Part shown: in pieces, positions 1 through 12,599 of the stretch
How positions within the stretch are numbered: the stretch's first letter is position 1
Layout: every line of letters begins with the position of its first letter
DNA from: Sphyrna mokarran
Taxonomy: Eukaryota
Length of the DNA: 64,000 nucleotides
Direction: 5' to 3'
Assembly: GCA_024679065.1 (NCBI GenBank)
Contig: JAGIQG010000005.1
Span: 107,198,001 to 107,262,000, forward strand
Translations under genes and position numbers: made by a program
The notes under the pieces: model-generated
What the model saw: the letters and a program-made list of their open reading frames with translations, nothing else
Databases searched by the model: none
What the model was told of the DNA's origin: nothing

Positions 1-1858
1 AGCAGAAATACAGCAGAAGGAGCTGTTTTGAGGCTGAAAGGAAACAGCAGTGTTACTCTTAGCGATCCAATAAGATCATATCCCAAGTGTGCTGTGACCA
101 CACCTATTATCACTTTCCCTATTGTTGATAACAGGCTAAATCAGCCTATTGTTCCTGATTTCTCTTTCTCTTCTTTCATGAATAATATTTATTACCTACC
201 AACTCACAGGGACCATTCAAGAATTTAGGAAATATTGGAAGTTCACTTCTTTTAAAGCTGATGTGGTCCATTAGGTCCAGGGAATTTGTTAAGGTTTTGA
301 GTTCCAAAGATCTCTCCAATAATACTTTGTACTAATGCTTGCTTGTCTAAGTTCCTTAATTTCAACCCATATATGGTGCTGCTTTTAATGACTTCACAGA
401 ATTAAGAGAGGGACATCATACAAAACATTTCCTAACTCTTGCTGTGCACAAAGATTTTTGCAGTGCATTCAAGTGTCTGACAGAAACTGCCATTTCACAA
501 AATAGCAATTTTCACGTCTGTTTTAATGGCTTCAGCCAAGATCCAATCTGATGCATTGAGTTCAGCCATTTGAGGAGGGTTTCCCTGCAATTTGTAGAAT
601 TTGCTAAAATCAAAATTCACCACTCCTAACCTCAAAATAAGCTTGAGGTTACAAATGCAGGCAAAAGGAAGATGTGTCTTCTTTCCTCGCATTAGATTCA
701 TCCTCCGGATGGTCGCTGTGCAACTTTATCTCATCAATATTAGCAAAAAGTGAATAAGCATTTCTTTACAGCCTTATTAAGGTCATTACTATAAATATCA
801 GTGCATATAAAGCCTGAAGTGACTGTTATTACATTTGTAAATGTTATCACTAACATAATGAGAAGGAAAAAAAAAATTAAAGTTAAATGACAAAAAAAAG
901 ACATTTTTCCTTTACGGCGAAATGACTATTTAACCAGCGTCAATGTTGTCTTTGTAATATCCTCTTGGTTAGACCAATTCAAAACTGCAAGGAGTTGGTA
1001 AATTAGGTTTTCAACTGAGATGTGGCTGAATATTGTGGATATTGTTTGCACTCCCTTCCCCAACACCCCCATTGAGGGGTTGGAGGGATGTGTCAGGTCG
1101 GGTTTCGATGGTCAGAGATGAGTGGAGGTACCATCTTGGGGAGATATCCTGATTTGGAATAGCACTCCTCAAAGAGGCAACCCATCCACTTTTTCAGCAA
1201 TTGATATTAAAGGGCCTGTTCACTTGCCTATGCTTTTACCAACCATAATATGGCAGTGGAGACAGAACAATCAACCTCCAGAATGGCAGGCAGGCTCTGT
1301 GCACCTCACCAACTCACTGTAGTATGGGAATCAGAGCTGTGTGGGTGAGGAAGGCAACGGGTGAGCCATCCACCAAAACTACATGCCACTCTCCTAAAAC
1401 ATGCATAGTAGGGGGCAGCAAAATCTAGTTTGTGACTTTTTTTTCCAGTTTGTGATTCCCTGGGAGGATAGGTATCAACTTATTTGGAAAAGCAAGAGTA
1501 TGCTGATTTTAATCATGGTCGCATATGAAAATGGTGTTTGGGGCTTAGTTTGCCATAAAGCAAGTGAACAACTGTTCCACCTGAGATGATTGCTGAGGGA
1601 AATGCCTGGAGAAAGTTACTTGGGTAGTGAGGGCAATGGAAGACCAAATGTGGATGTAATTTTCTGGAAAACACATTGTCTTGGGGTTATATTTTTAATA
1701 GTAGAGATGTTAATATATGTCTGTTAATTCTAGTAAAATGGAAAGCTCTGCTGTTACCTTTTCTGGCTACATTTATTCTTTTTTAAGCGAATATGGGGGC
1801 CGGTAAGCATGTTTGACTTGAAGGTTAACATAAGGTTCAGAATACACCAACAGTTATT

Positions 1859-2210
1859 GGACGGCACGGTAGCACAGTGGTTAGCACTGCTGCTTCACAG
1901 CTCCAGAGACCTGGGCTCGATTCTCGGCTCGGGTCACCGTCTGTGTTGATTTTGCACATTCTCGTCGTGTTTGCATGGGTTTCCTCCGGGTACTCTGGTT
2001 TCCTCCCACAGTCCAAAGATGTGCGGGTTAGGTTGATTGCCCATGCTAAAATTGCCCATTAGTGTTCTGGGATGTGTAGGTTAGAGGAAATAGAGGGTAA
2101 ATATGTAGGGATATGGGGATAGGGCCTGGGTGGGATTGTGATCGATGCAGACTCGATGGGCCGAAGGGCCTGTTTCTACACTATAGGGTTCTATATTCTA
2201 TGTCTATGTT
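1859..2210 (+). mobile_element. HE1-type V-SINE, full length, CR1-derived tail
   Basis: tRNA-like head (GGTAGCACAGTGG A box, GGCTCGATTC B box), V-domain GGGTTTCCTCCGGGTACTCTGGTTTCCTCCCACAGTCCAAAGATGTG, tail GGGCCGAAGGGCCTG...TTCTATG. Confidence 0.92.
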
Positions 2211-2487
2211 CAGTGTGTGTTCAATTCCCATTTTGGCTGAGACAAAGCTGAGACCTGCCTCCTCACCCTGCCACTGAGTGTCAATGACAATGGAAAATCA
2301 CTGTTTACAAAACTGCTGAGAAAACGGCTCAAGTTGAAGCAATAGCAGACAGTGAGCTAAGCACCTGCTCCAGGCAGAGTACACATAACACAACATGGTA
2401 ATTGAACCTCTAGACACTTTCTCCCACTGAAAGTTGTTACTATAGAAACCTCTTTGGCCTTCAACATGGATTCCATTGTTACTTCTT

Positions 2488-2795
2488 AGAATCCCTGAAG
2501 TGCAGAAGGAGATCATTTGGTCCATCAAGGCTGCATGACCAAATCCCAGCCAGGCCCTATTTTTGTGACTCCACAAATTTACCCTGCTAGTCCTGCTGAT
2601 GCTAAGGATCATTGTCGATCAACTTAACCCATGCATCTCTGGACTGTGAGAGGAAACTGGAGCACTCAGAGGAAACACATGCTGACACAGGGAGAGTGTG
2701 CAAACTCTGCAGAGGCGATTTCCAAAGACCGGAATTGAACCTGGGTCACTGGCATTGTGAAGCAGCAGTACTAACCACTATTCCACCTGTGCAGC
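2488..2795 (-). mobile_element. V-SINE, diverged
   Basis: Reverse-complement head, V-domain and CR1-type tail. Confidence 0.82.
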
Positions 2796-3621
2796 TTAGA
2801 AATATGGAATGCCTAACTGCGATATTTCCCAAACTCTTCTCTGGTATCTGTGCCTATTAGAAACTGATGAGCTGTTCAGAAATAAGGCCCGGCTTCATTT
2901 AAATCCTGTTATCAACTTCCCATCTGTTCCTGCTCGGAAATAATAGTAAATTGCCGAGACCGGAAGTGGCTTGCTAAGATCAGGTTGGTGATGGGGCTGG
3001 CCACTGTGGCAGAATGTGGCACAGCTGGGCAAGTATTTTCCTGGTGTCCTGAGGAAAATATATAAAAAAAAACTTCCTTTTTTGTGCATCTTTGGAATTT
3101 CCTTTAGCCTGCTGCTTCCATCAAATAGGAAATTAAGAACCTTCTTAGGCTGCCAAACTAAATTGTAAATGGGCCTCAAGACTTCATCGCTCTGTACATA
3201 AAGAAAGGGACTTGGCCAGTTTTGAATTGGTAACCTTATCAGCTACCCAGTTCTGTAAGTTAAAATCAGGAATTGTAAGCTCCTCGCATCTTTAGGATAG
3301 ATAAATAATCCAATGTTTTTAACTGCCCAATAGTCTCCCATCTTTCTCCTGAGCCCTGACTTGACCTATTTCAGTTTTTATTTTTTTTATTCTAATTTTA
3401 ATGAAAGCCTGATACCAGATTTTAATCTACCATTTACTTTTAGTTGCTTGTTGATTTGCTGTTATGTTTCCAGCATTTTATATTTTTTCTTTTAATCTTT
3501 AAGCTTACTTAATCAAACAATACCTGCCCAAATTCAGGGAGTAAGAAGATAACTTGGGCAAAGGAAATAATCCCAAATGACCACTGCCAAGTTCCCAATC
3601 CATAAAATGCCTCTCAAGTTC

Positions 3622-3937
3622 TGTCACAGTGGTACAGTGATTAGCACTGCTGCCTCACAGCTCCAGGGACCCATGTTCAATTCTGGCTTCAGGTGACTGT
3701 CTATGTGGAGTTTGCACATTCTCCCCATGTCCTTTGGGTTCCCTGGTTTTCCTCACACAGTCCAAAGATTTGCAGGTTAAGTTGGTTGGCCAGGATAAAT
3801 TGTCTCTTCCTGCCAGGGAAATTAGGTGAGTTAATTTGTGGGATTACAGAGATTGCACAGGACCTGGGTGGGATTGTTGTTGTGCAGGCTCGATAGGCCA
3901 AGTGGCCTCTTTTCGCAATGTAGATTCTCTGATTCTA
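3622..3937 (+). mobile_element. V-SINE
   Basis: Head with GTTCAATTC B box, V-domain, GATTCT tail. Confidence 0.87.
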
Positions 3938-4764
3938 AATTACACTGACTGTCAATACTATTGCTGCTCTGAATTTTCTATCTGTAAATGTGTAGCCCAT
4001 GAGTAATGCTAACCGATAGCTTTCTGCAATTAATGGGTGTTACACTGGAAGCTGCCATGCTTCTACTGGTCTCTGACAATCAAAAATAACTAATCCTTCA
4101 TCCAGATCAGTGTGGCAGCATAGTTGCTTTGAGACTAAGATTAATCAACAACTGTGACTGATGAAAATATGGCACCATATATATAGGCTGACAATGATGA
4201 CAAACTCAAGGAAACCTTGTGTGATCTACACATGTTTCACTAAACAGATTACTGCTACTCTACGTCTATTAACTGGATAGGTTTACAGTTTAGGTAATCA
4301 ATCCTCTCTATAAATAAAGGTACCCAAAAGAGTGTGGTACAGGACAATCTACTACTAGCGGTGTAAGAAACTTCTGAATTATTATTTCCAGTGGAAAAGA
4401 ACTCCCAACTCGAAATCCTATAATTCTATTGATGGACCTTTGCATTACTCACAAGTACCATGACTCAAATCACCAAAATATTTCAAATCCTTTCAGACAA
4501 AGGACCTTCACAAGTCTTCATCAACAAATAAAGATGGAACTGAAAACCTCCATTAATTTAATCCACAAGCACCAATCTGCCAAGGAGTTCCACACTTACA
4601 TTTTGTCCTTCCATTGACCTTTTATTATTGAAATCTTATTCTCTTGAGACCACCAAAATAATTAAACACTCACCTCTTTAATCTCCTATTTGAATGGGGA
4701 GGCTGCAAGGAACATCTATAGTGCCCACAGGGACCACAGCAGGAAGCTACATCCCATTATTTCA

Positions 4765-4935
4765 GGAACATAAGAACATAGGAATTTGGAGTAGAAGTAG
4801 GAAATTCAGCCCTTTGAGCCTGCTCCACCATTCAATCAGAGCATAGCTGATCTCTCCCTGGTCTCAGATCCACATCCCCACCTGTTCTCCATATCCCTTT
4901 ATCTCTTTTTTATCAGAAATAATCTATCACCCTAC
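4765..4935 (-). mobile_element. Old CR1 3' end
   Basis: GAACATAAGAACATAGGAA tail and CAGCCCTTTGAGCCTGCTCCACCATTCAAT UTR. Confidence 0.75.
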
Positions 4936-6234
4936 TTCTGCCCTGTATCATCAAGTAAAATTTCCTTTAATACATGAAACAAAATCCCAGTAAAATCACT
5001 TAATACCATGTTGATTGACTCTTCCACAAAATCAGTTCAATGTCTAGTTGGTAAGAGGATTGAAACCTATCGGCACAATTATAGGCTCAAATGATCAAAT
5101 TAAATATTCTGTTACAAAAAATGTTCCTGAGGGATTGCATGAAGAAGGAGAAGTCCTTTGAGAGCAATGAATAGTGCTGATGTGAGGACTAGTGAGAGTG
5201 GATTGATAACCTGGAGGTTTACCCACTAAATATTAATTAACCCTGGAGATCAGAGAAGTATTTATGTAAAATCTTCCCTCAGTTAATGAAATAAATGGAA
5301 TAGAATCAGTGGTTGACACAGTTGGTTGAACAAGTGAGGTTAATGGATTGAGTGCAGGTTTCTTCTTCCCTTTTTATACATATATTAAATGTTATCGCTC
5401 TAGACTATGTTAAAATGAATTGACTCTCATCTGTAGTTGCATCAAAGTGCAGGGTCAGCAATGTTGATGAATCATTCATTGATCTTTGAAACATCTATTA
5501 CCACTGTAAGAATGATCCAAGCCTCTTATCAAAAAGCCACAAAGCTTTTGTGTGAGATGTGGCTGACATCCAGATAATGCACTACCACTGTTACGATTAA
5601 TGAGTGCCATTCATGCATTTTGTCAGGGTCCCCATTCCTATATTTATAGATGAACCTTTTTTTTTGTTAAGTATTGACAAATATTATATGAGTCATTTAA
5701 AAAAAAGTATTGGCTAGAATTTTATATTCTGGGGTCAGAAGCACACTTGACCTGACTGAACGTGAACTAAAGTCAGGTGGACATCACAATGCCATCGCAA
5801 TGAAACCTGGTCTTGTGGTCAGCAGGTGTATGTAACAGTTGGTAAAGCACCCACCAACTATTAAAGTGGCAACTAAGAACACAATTGTTCACCATTTTAC
5901 ATTGTCTCTACGATTTAGCAGTCGGCCCATGGGCATGCAGTTATTTTCTAATAATTTCTTCGTCAAGTGTGATTAAAAGCAGACTGCAGAATTGGCAGTG
6001 TGAGTCGCTTAAGTAAGAGTTTGTTGTTTGCTGGTTTACTCCTGAGAGTTCATAGCATTTTCTGTGTTTTCTGCTGGAGTCTGTGCATTTTCAGCTTTTT
6101 TTTTAGGACTCTTTTTTCACAAACTTGCTTGAAAGATTTCAAATGAGAGCACCCTTCAGTGCGAGAATCAGTGCCATTTTTATTTCTGCAAATGGGGATT
6201 GGGTACTTCACTGCTGGGATCTCTTCTGAAGTCA

Positions 6235-6543
6235 ATCATGGAATCATAGCGTCCCTACAATGCAGATGGAGGCCATTCAGCCCATCAAGTTTGCACTTGA
6301 CTCTCTGACAGACTATCTTACACCGGACAATACCTTGCCCTATCCTCATAACCCCATACGTTAACCCCACTAACTCCCCAGAGTTCACAGTTTCGGATAG
6401 TGGAAAATAACCAGAGAATCCAGCCAGACATAGAGAGAATGTACAAACAAAAATGTACAAAGCAGCCACCCAAGGCTGGAATCAAACCCAAGTCCTAGTG
6501 CTGTGAGGCAGCAGTGCTTACCACTGTGCCACCGTGCTGCCCC
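6235..6543 (-). mobile_element. V-SINE nested in the Harbinger remnant
   Basis: CCACTGTGCCACCGTGCTGCCC head on minus; CR1-type tail at 6235. Confidence 0.85.
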
Positions 6544-7573
6544 TAAGGACAGAAGGAAGAGGAGGCTGGGTGTCTGCACTCTACATTCCAGAGAATGCAG
6601 TGTAGCATCGCCACAAGTTGTGCACGTCCAGTCGGAAGTGCAAAATGGAAGATTTCACAGAAGGGAGGACTTTGCTGCATCAGAGACCACAGGCAATGCT
6701 CCAGCTACCTCAACATGTCTGAGATACGGTCCCAAAGAAGTTTCACCTCTCTAGGGAAAATGTTATCTCCTTACACCAAATGATTGGAGTGGAGAACATC
6801 TCCAACTCTGTTTGTTCTAGGGATTGATGGGGGATTAATGTGGTGTGTCCCAATCTGTGGCCCAGTGTTGTGTAAAATTGAACATTGACAATATCTTCTG
6901 ATGGGCTACGACTTTCATTCATTTTTGGACAACCAGGCTGAGCAGACCAGATGCTTTGTAGCAATTGCTGTGTTCCCCCTGTATCCAGATTGCTATGGAC
7001 TACATTCATGTGGCCATCAAGGTGTCAGTTGATGAGCCGTGTGCTTCCATGAAATAAGTTCCATGAAAATCCTCTGTTGTGCTTCGTGTGCCTTAAACTT
7101 GTGTTTATGAGTGATGCAGTGTGACAGTACCAAAGGGAAAACAATGAGATACCTTTGCAACGAAGAACCATACAAATGTTGGGACTTATCTGAAGAATTT
7201 CTGAGGCTGTTTCTGGAGTTCAAGATGCTGTCTGCCCACAATTCTGGGCCTGGAACACAAAAGCAATGGTCAGAGTGGCATCTGCGATAGATCTTTCAGG
7301 TGAGGTATGCTGGAGGGAGTCCAGCTTCAACCCGCAGAATGTTCTTGGAAATTCATCTTCATTCTCGGGAAATCCATAGTCTGGCCTCAGAATGCTCTCA
7401 GAGACCCATTTTCATATGCAGAAGTTCCACTTTCTTTCTTCAATCGTGAGTCAGCGATGTCGGACACCTTCCCAATCTGGATGTAAAAGCAGACTGTGCG
7501 CCATCCAATTCTGTCATGTCTCTGAATACAACATAAAACACTCAGGTGTATAGTTAATGAGGTCGAAGCTGGA

Positions 7574-9809
7574 AGAACATAGAACATAGAACATTACAGC
7601 ACAGAACAGGCCCTTCGGCCTTCGATGTTGTGCCGACCAAAATAAAAAGCAATGCCCCTCCAAACTAAACCATTCCCTTCTCTTCCATATACTTATCAAT
7701 TAACCTCTTAAACGCCACCAAACTTGGCGCATCTACAACAGCTGCAGGCAGGGCATTCCACTCCCTAATCACTCTTTGAGTAAAGAACCTACCTCTGATA
7801 TCCGTCCTATAACTCATACCCCTTAATTTAAAGCTGTGTCCCCTCGTGCTAGCTTTCTCCATCCTAGGAAAAAGGCTATCACTGTCCACCCTATCTAAAC
7901 CTCTAATCATCTTATATGCTTCAATAAGATCCCCTCTTAGCCGCCTCCTTTCTAACGAAAACAACCTCAAATCCTTCAACCTCTCTTCATAGGACCTGCC
8001 CTCCATACCAGGCAACATCCTGGTAAACCTCCTCTGTACCCTCTCCAATGCCTCCACATCTTTCTTATAATGTGGCGACCAGAACTGCACACAATACTCC
8101 AAGTGCGGCCGCACTAGAGTTTTGTACAGTTGCAACATGATGCTGCGGCTCCTAAATTCAATCCCCCTACCAATAAAAGCTAAGACTCCATATGCCTTCT
8201 TAACAACTTTATCCACTTGACTGCCTACTTTCAGGGATCTATTGACACATACACCAAGATCCTTCTGTTCCTCAACACTATTAAGAGCCCTACCATTAGC
8301 CCTATACTCTACACATTTATTGTTCCTGCCAAAGTGCATTACCTCACACTTTTCCACATTAAACTCCATTTGCCACCTCTCGGCCCAGCTCTGCAACTTG
8401 TCCAAGTCACTCTGTAAACTATAACACCCCTCTTCACTATCTACCACTCCACCAACTTTAGTGTCATCTGCAAATTTACTGATCCATCCCTCAATACCCT
8501 CATCCAGATCATTTATAAAAATTACAAACAGCAGGGGCCCCAAAACAGACCCCTGAGGCACACCACTTGTCACCGAACTCCACGATGAATATCTCCCATC
8601 AACCACCACCCTCTGTCTTCTATCTGCCAGCCAATTCCTAATCCAATTAGCTAAATCACCCTCTATTCCACACATCTGCATTTTCTGTAGAAGTCTTCCA
8701 TGGGCCACCTTATCAAACGCCTTACTAAAGTCCATATATACTACATCAACCGCCTTACCCCCATCCACCTCTTTGGTCACTTTCTCAAAAAACTCAATGA
8801 GGTTAGTAAGGCATGACCTACCCTTCACGAAACCATGCTGACTATCCCCAATCAATTCATTTCTCTCTAAATAACTATAAATCCTATCCCTAATAATTCT
8901 CTCCAATACCTTGCCCACAACAGAAGTAAGACTCACTGGCCTATAATTCCCTGGAAGGTCTCTCTTCCCCTTCTTAAACAATGGGACCACATTCGCTATC
9001 CTCCAGTCCTCCGGAACCACACCCGTAACCAACGAGGACCTGAAGATCAGAGCCAGAGGCTCTGCAATCTCCTCTCTTGCCTCCCAGAGAATCCTAGGGT
9101 AAATCCCGTCCGGCCCAGGGGACTTATCCAACTTCAAACCCTCGAGAATTTCTAACACATCCTCCCTATCTACTACCATACTTCCCAATTTGCAACCCTG
9201 TACCTCAGTGTTCTCCATAGCTACATTTCCAGCACTCTGCGTGAATACCGAAGAGAAATATTTATTCAGTGCCTCACCAATCTCTTCAGGCTCCACGCAC
9301 AACTTCCCACTGCTGTCTATGACTGGCCCTAATCTTGCCCTAACCAATCTTCTATTCTTAACATATCGAAAGAAAGCTTTAGGATTCTCCTTAATCCTAT
9401 CAGCCAACATCTTCTCGTGTCCCCTCTTAGCTCTCCTCAATTCACTTTTTAGCTCCTTCCTGGCTAATCTATAGCTATCCATTGCACTAACTGAGCCTTC
9501 AAGCCTCATCCTGACATAAGCCTCCTTTTTCTTCTTAACCAGCAAATCAACTTTTTTCGTACACCAAGGCTCTCTTACTCGACCATTTCCTCCCTGCCTG
9601 ACAGGGACATACTTATCAAGGACTCGCAGCAGCTGCTCCTTGAATAAGCTCCACATTCCAGATGTTCCCAGTCCCTGTAGTTTCCTAGTCCAATCTATGC
9701 ACCCTAATTCTCTCCTGATGGCCTCATAATTACCCTTCCCCCAGCTATAACTACTGCCCCCAGCTTCATGCCTATCCCTGTCCATCACTAAGGTGAACGT
9801 AACCGAATT
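7574..9809 (-). mobile_element. Young CR1/HER1-type LINE, 5'-truncated at the end of the endonuclease domain (variant A)
   Basis: Uninterrupted RT ORF, ~90-bp 3' UTR ending GGCCGAAGGGCCTGTTCTGTGCTGTAATG plus (TTCTATG)n tail at 7574-7597; 3' part near-identical to copies at 12600, 36578 and 47018. Confidence 0.97.
7665..9788 (-). CDS. CR1 LINE ORF2 fragment (linker + reverse transcriptase + C-terminus; APE endonuclease missing), 707 aa
   Basis: Motifs KSPGPDGIYPR, NYRPVSLTSVVGK, QHGF, YMDFSKAFD, GVPQGSVLGP, FADD, RPHLEYCVQFWSP; no stops or frameshifts. The Met is internal, not the native start. Confidence 0.93.
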   Translation of the reverse strand: MMDRDRHEAGGSSYSWGKGNYEAIRRELGCIDWTRKLQGLGTSGMWSLFKEQLLRVLDKYVPVRQGGNGRVREPWCTKKVDLLVKKKKEAYVRMRLEGSVSAMDSYRLARKELKSELRRAKRGHEKMLADRIKENPKAFFRYVKNRRLVRARLGPVIDSSGKLCVEPEEIGEALNKYFSSVFTQSAGNVAMENTEVQGCKLGSMVVDREDVLEILEGLKLDKSPGPDGIYPRILWEAREEIAEPLALIFRSSLVTGVVPEDWRIANVVPLFKKGKRDLPGNYRPVSLTSVVGKVLERIIRDRIYSYLERNELIGDSQHGFVKGRSCLTNLIEFFEKVTKEVDGGKAVDVVYMDFSKAFDKVAHGRLLQKMQMCGIEGDLANWIRNWLADRRQRVVVDGRYSSWSSVTSGVPQGSVLGPLLFVIFINDLDEGIEGWISKFADDTKVGGVVDSEEGCYSLQSDLDKLQSWAERWQMEFNVEKCEVMHFGRNNKCVEYRANGRALNSVEEQKDLGVCVNRSLKVGSQVDKVVKKAYGVLAFIGRGIEFRSRSIMLQLYKTLVRPHLEYCVQFWSPHYKKDVEALERVQRRFTRMLPGMEGRSYEERLKDLRLFSLERRRLRGDLIEAYKMIRGLDRVDSDSLFPRMEKASTRGHSFKLRGMSYRTDIRGRFFTQRVIREWNALPAAVVDAPSLVAFKRLIDKYMEEKGMV

Positions 9810-10764
9810 TTGATGAGTTCTCCACCAGCCTCCACAGTGGGAAACACATCACTTTCCCAACCATGATACTCAGTCTCAGAATTGAAGAATTCCACTCAAC
9901 TTGTCAGCAATATCAATGTTCACATCGTCAATGTTAGATGGGCTGCAGAGACAATGGATATTTGTCTCATAAAGACATTGTGATTGGAGGATCACTGGTT
10001 GCTCTTGCTTAGAACTTTTCATCTGAGATACATACAATGTCCGTACTATCCACCCATCTCACTCCGGACTCTTCCTCAGAGACCTCTGCCTTTCCATGAC
10101 CTCACTCTACAATGGCATCCTAGCTCCAGGATAGCCATCTTATATATCATCAGGATTAATAGCTTGGCCACTCCACCAAGTGCTCTTGATCACTCCTGAA
10201 TGGGCAAATGAGAAATCTTTACTGCACTCTCTACCTGCAGCACCATTCCATCTTGGCCCACTCCTCTGAGAACGAGGAAGAGGCATAGCACCTCATCATT
10301 GAATGCATCCAGGACAAATGGGCAGATTGCCCAGTCTTGGTTGGTGCAGATTTCAATGCCATTTGGCACAGACTCTCATACCCCGAAAGCCAATCTGTTG
10401 TATTACAATGTCACGCCTGGCGCTGCCTGCTTGTATAAGCATGCCCAGTCAGTCAGTGGAAAGTTAGGGGGCTGAGTGTCCACTGGCTTTGCTCTCCCAC
10501 CGAAGTATCTTAGTTATATCTTCAGTTGACCTGCATGACTGCTCCTTCTGTAGTTCCCAGCAGTCTTCAGGGAGCAGCCTATGCTTGCTTTGAATCCCCC
10601 CTTAGGTCTCCATTGGACTGGTGCTCGATAAGCTCCTGCCCCCACCCAGACCCCTGCCTCAGTGAAATGATGTGTTTCATGTTGGGCAGGCCTTAATTGG
10701 CCAGGCAGTGTGAAATGGCATTTCTAAACTGATGTTGCTTGGAGCAGATTCCACATCTGCTTCC

Positions 10765-10986
10765 AAGTAGAATCCATTACCACGGGAAGTAGTTGATGCC
10801 AAATCATTGAATTTATTCAACAGGTGGCTGAATATAGGAGTTAGGATAGATGGGATCAAAGGTTATGGGGAGAAAGCAGGATTAGGCTATTGAATTGGAC
10901 GATCAGCCAGGATCGTAATAAATGGGAAAGCAGGTTTGAAAGGCCAAATGGCCTCCTCCTGCTCCTATCCTCTATGTTTCTATGTA
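10765..10986 (+). mobile_element. Old CR1 3' end
   Basis: GGGATCAAAGGTTATGGGGAGAAAGCAGG...GGCCAAATGGCCTCCTCCTGCTCCTAT...CTATGTTTCTATG. Confidence 0.75.
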
Positions 10987-11270
10987 AGCCTTTTGTCTGG
11001 CTCTAGCCATATTGTTCAGTTGTAGGAAAACGTCAGGTTAAAAGTGTTCACATTTTACTTGATTGTACAGATCACCTTCTCGAGAGCAAATTAGAATGTA
11101 CAATAAACACTGGCCTAGCCAATGGTGCCCACCCTATGAATGAATAAAAATAAGCCCAATATTATGCAGTGTCAAGTAAGTGCTTATGACAAAGTTGATA
11201 GCTCATTAAATCTTCAAACACATATTTCAGGTATGACTAATACAAGGTGATAATTCTTGTTGTACAATAA

Positions 11271-11508
11271 GCATTTTGACATATGTATGAAAATCTATAA
11301 ATAGCTTTATACATCAGATGACAGTGACAGCACATTCAGAAAAATAATTTGTCACATGCAGTTTGTTTAAACTTAATAAATGTTGACATATATGGCATTT
11401 TGACATATATATGAAAATCTATAAATAGCTTTAATATATCAGATGACAATGACAACACATTCAGGAAAATAATTTATCACATGCAGTTCGTTTAAACTTA
11501 GTAAATGT
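11271..11508. repeat. Tandem duplication of a ~113-bp unit (11271-11383, 11395-11508)
   Basis: Direct alignment of the two units with a few substitutions. Confidence 0.93.
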
Positions 11509-12599
11509 AGAAACTTGCCTTTACCTTTTGTTGAATTACTTGTTACCTTATCACTGAAATGAAACAGTAAATGTTTTTTTTGCATGGAATGCAATCAATA
11601 AATGTAATGAAAATCTTTGTAAAACAATGCTCAGCACTGTCAACAGTGTGATGTACTATCTCACTCCGAAATATAACTGGATATCAAAACATTTGTAATA
11701 AGAATTACAGCTCCATTCTCTGTCCAAAGTGACAATAATTTGCTACAAATCTTATTAAAGGCATAAAAGTGATTGTTTTTATTTAATGAGATTTAATGTT
11801 TATTTCAGTCATCTTATTGGATCTCGCGTAATCTTATTGATAAATTCAAATTGATTTGGCTTTACTCTCTGCAGCTAATGCTGATGATTTGCTGTATTAT
11901 CATTGGAAAATTGTGTTGACTCCTGACTAGCAGATTGGATACAGTCCAGCTTTGGTGGGTAGTATAAGTTGCGAGGGAGGTGGACCTGGGGCTGGGAGGG
12001 GGGCGGTTGGGGCTGGGGGGCAGGGGTGAAGGAGAGGGGAGGTAGTGGCAATTAAAAAGAATAATCAGGGAAAATAATTTTAATTTTAATTTATTTGCTG
12101 CTGGCTCACCCTGCTCCAGGCACCGTTGCAGAAGCAGGTATCAGTTTCCTGAGGTTGAACGCTGGAAGACAGAGAGAGGAAAAGAGTAGCTAGTTAGTCA
12201 AAGTCAGGAACGCTCACTGGGTGATCCATCTAAAGTGCTGTGGGATTGATTAACAAGAGCGAAATGAAACTTCCACCCCTCACTAAGGAAATTTCTTTCT
12301 CTCCAGAGCTGCTGCTCAATCATGCAGGTCCATCAATCCCACTACTGCCAGGAAGGTGTCAGTGGCCACTGCCAGGATTGCAGGAGGAGAAGAAGAAGAA
12401 GAAGAAGACGACCAAAGTCCTTGGATCTTCAGAGCAGGTAATCTAGGGCCAGGAGTGTTTGGGTTGGTTTGTCAGTGGGATGAATGTTGGGTTTAATGCA
12501 TGAAGTGGGCAGGCAAGATTAAATTTAACTTTAGGAGGCTTGCCCCATCATTGACAAAGGGCAGTTTCCCATTCAGAATGAAAAATTCCCATTCAGAAT

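Larger units (their letters stand above)
5711..10760 (+). mobile_element. Decayed PIF/Harbinger-type DNA transposon (boundaries approximate) containing a nested SINE and CR1
   Basis: HARBI1-like peptides on +: SYLNMSE (6703-6723) and, with one frameshift, IAVFPCIQIAMDYIHVAIK (6964-7021; family motif IAGFP.VQGAIDCTHVAI); GGCTAGAATTTT left end. Right boundary is uncertain. Confidence 0.55.

Noticed and set aside
110-300. ORF 28-228 as a gene
   Set aside because: It overlaps a highly decayed antisense CR1 RT fragment (NYRP.SL.S..GK region).
1859-1935. tRNA genes at SINE heads
   Set aside because: A/B boxes run directly into the V-domain and LINE tail; these are tRNA-derived SINE heads.
7574-7600. 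CRISPR-like or telomere-like arrays from (TTCTATG)n and (TGTTCTT)n
   Set aside because: These are 2-4 unit heptamer tails typical of CR1 3' ends, with no spacers; no prokaryotic gene content in the window.
11975-12045. G-rich tract as a promoter/CpG island
   Set aside because: Almost no CpG; it lies in what looks like a decayed non-autonomous element, as does the nearby (GAA)n run at ~12385-12408.
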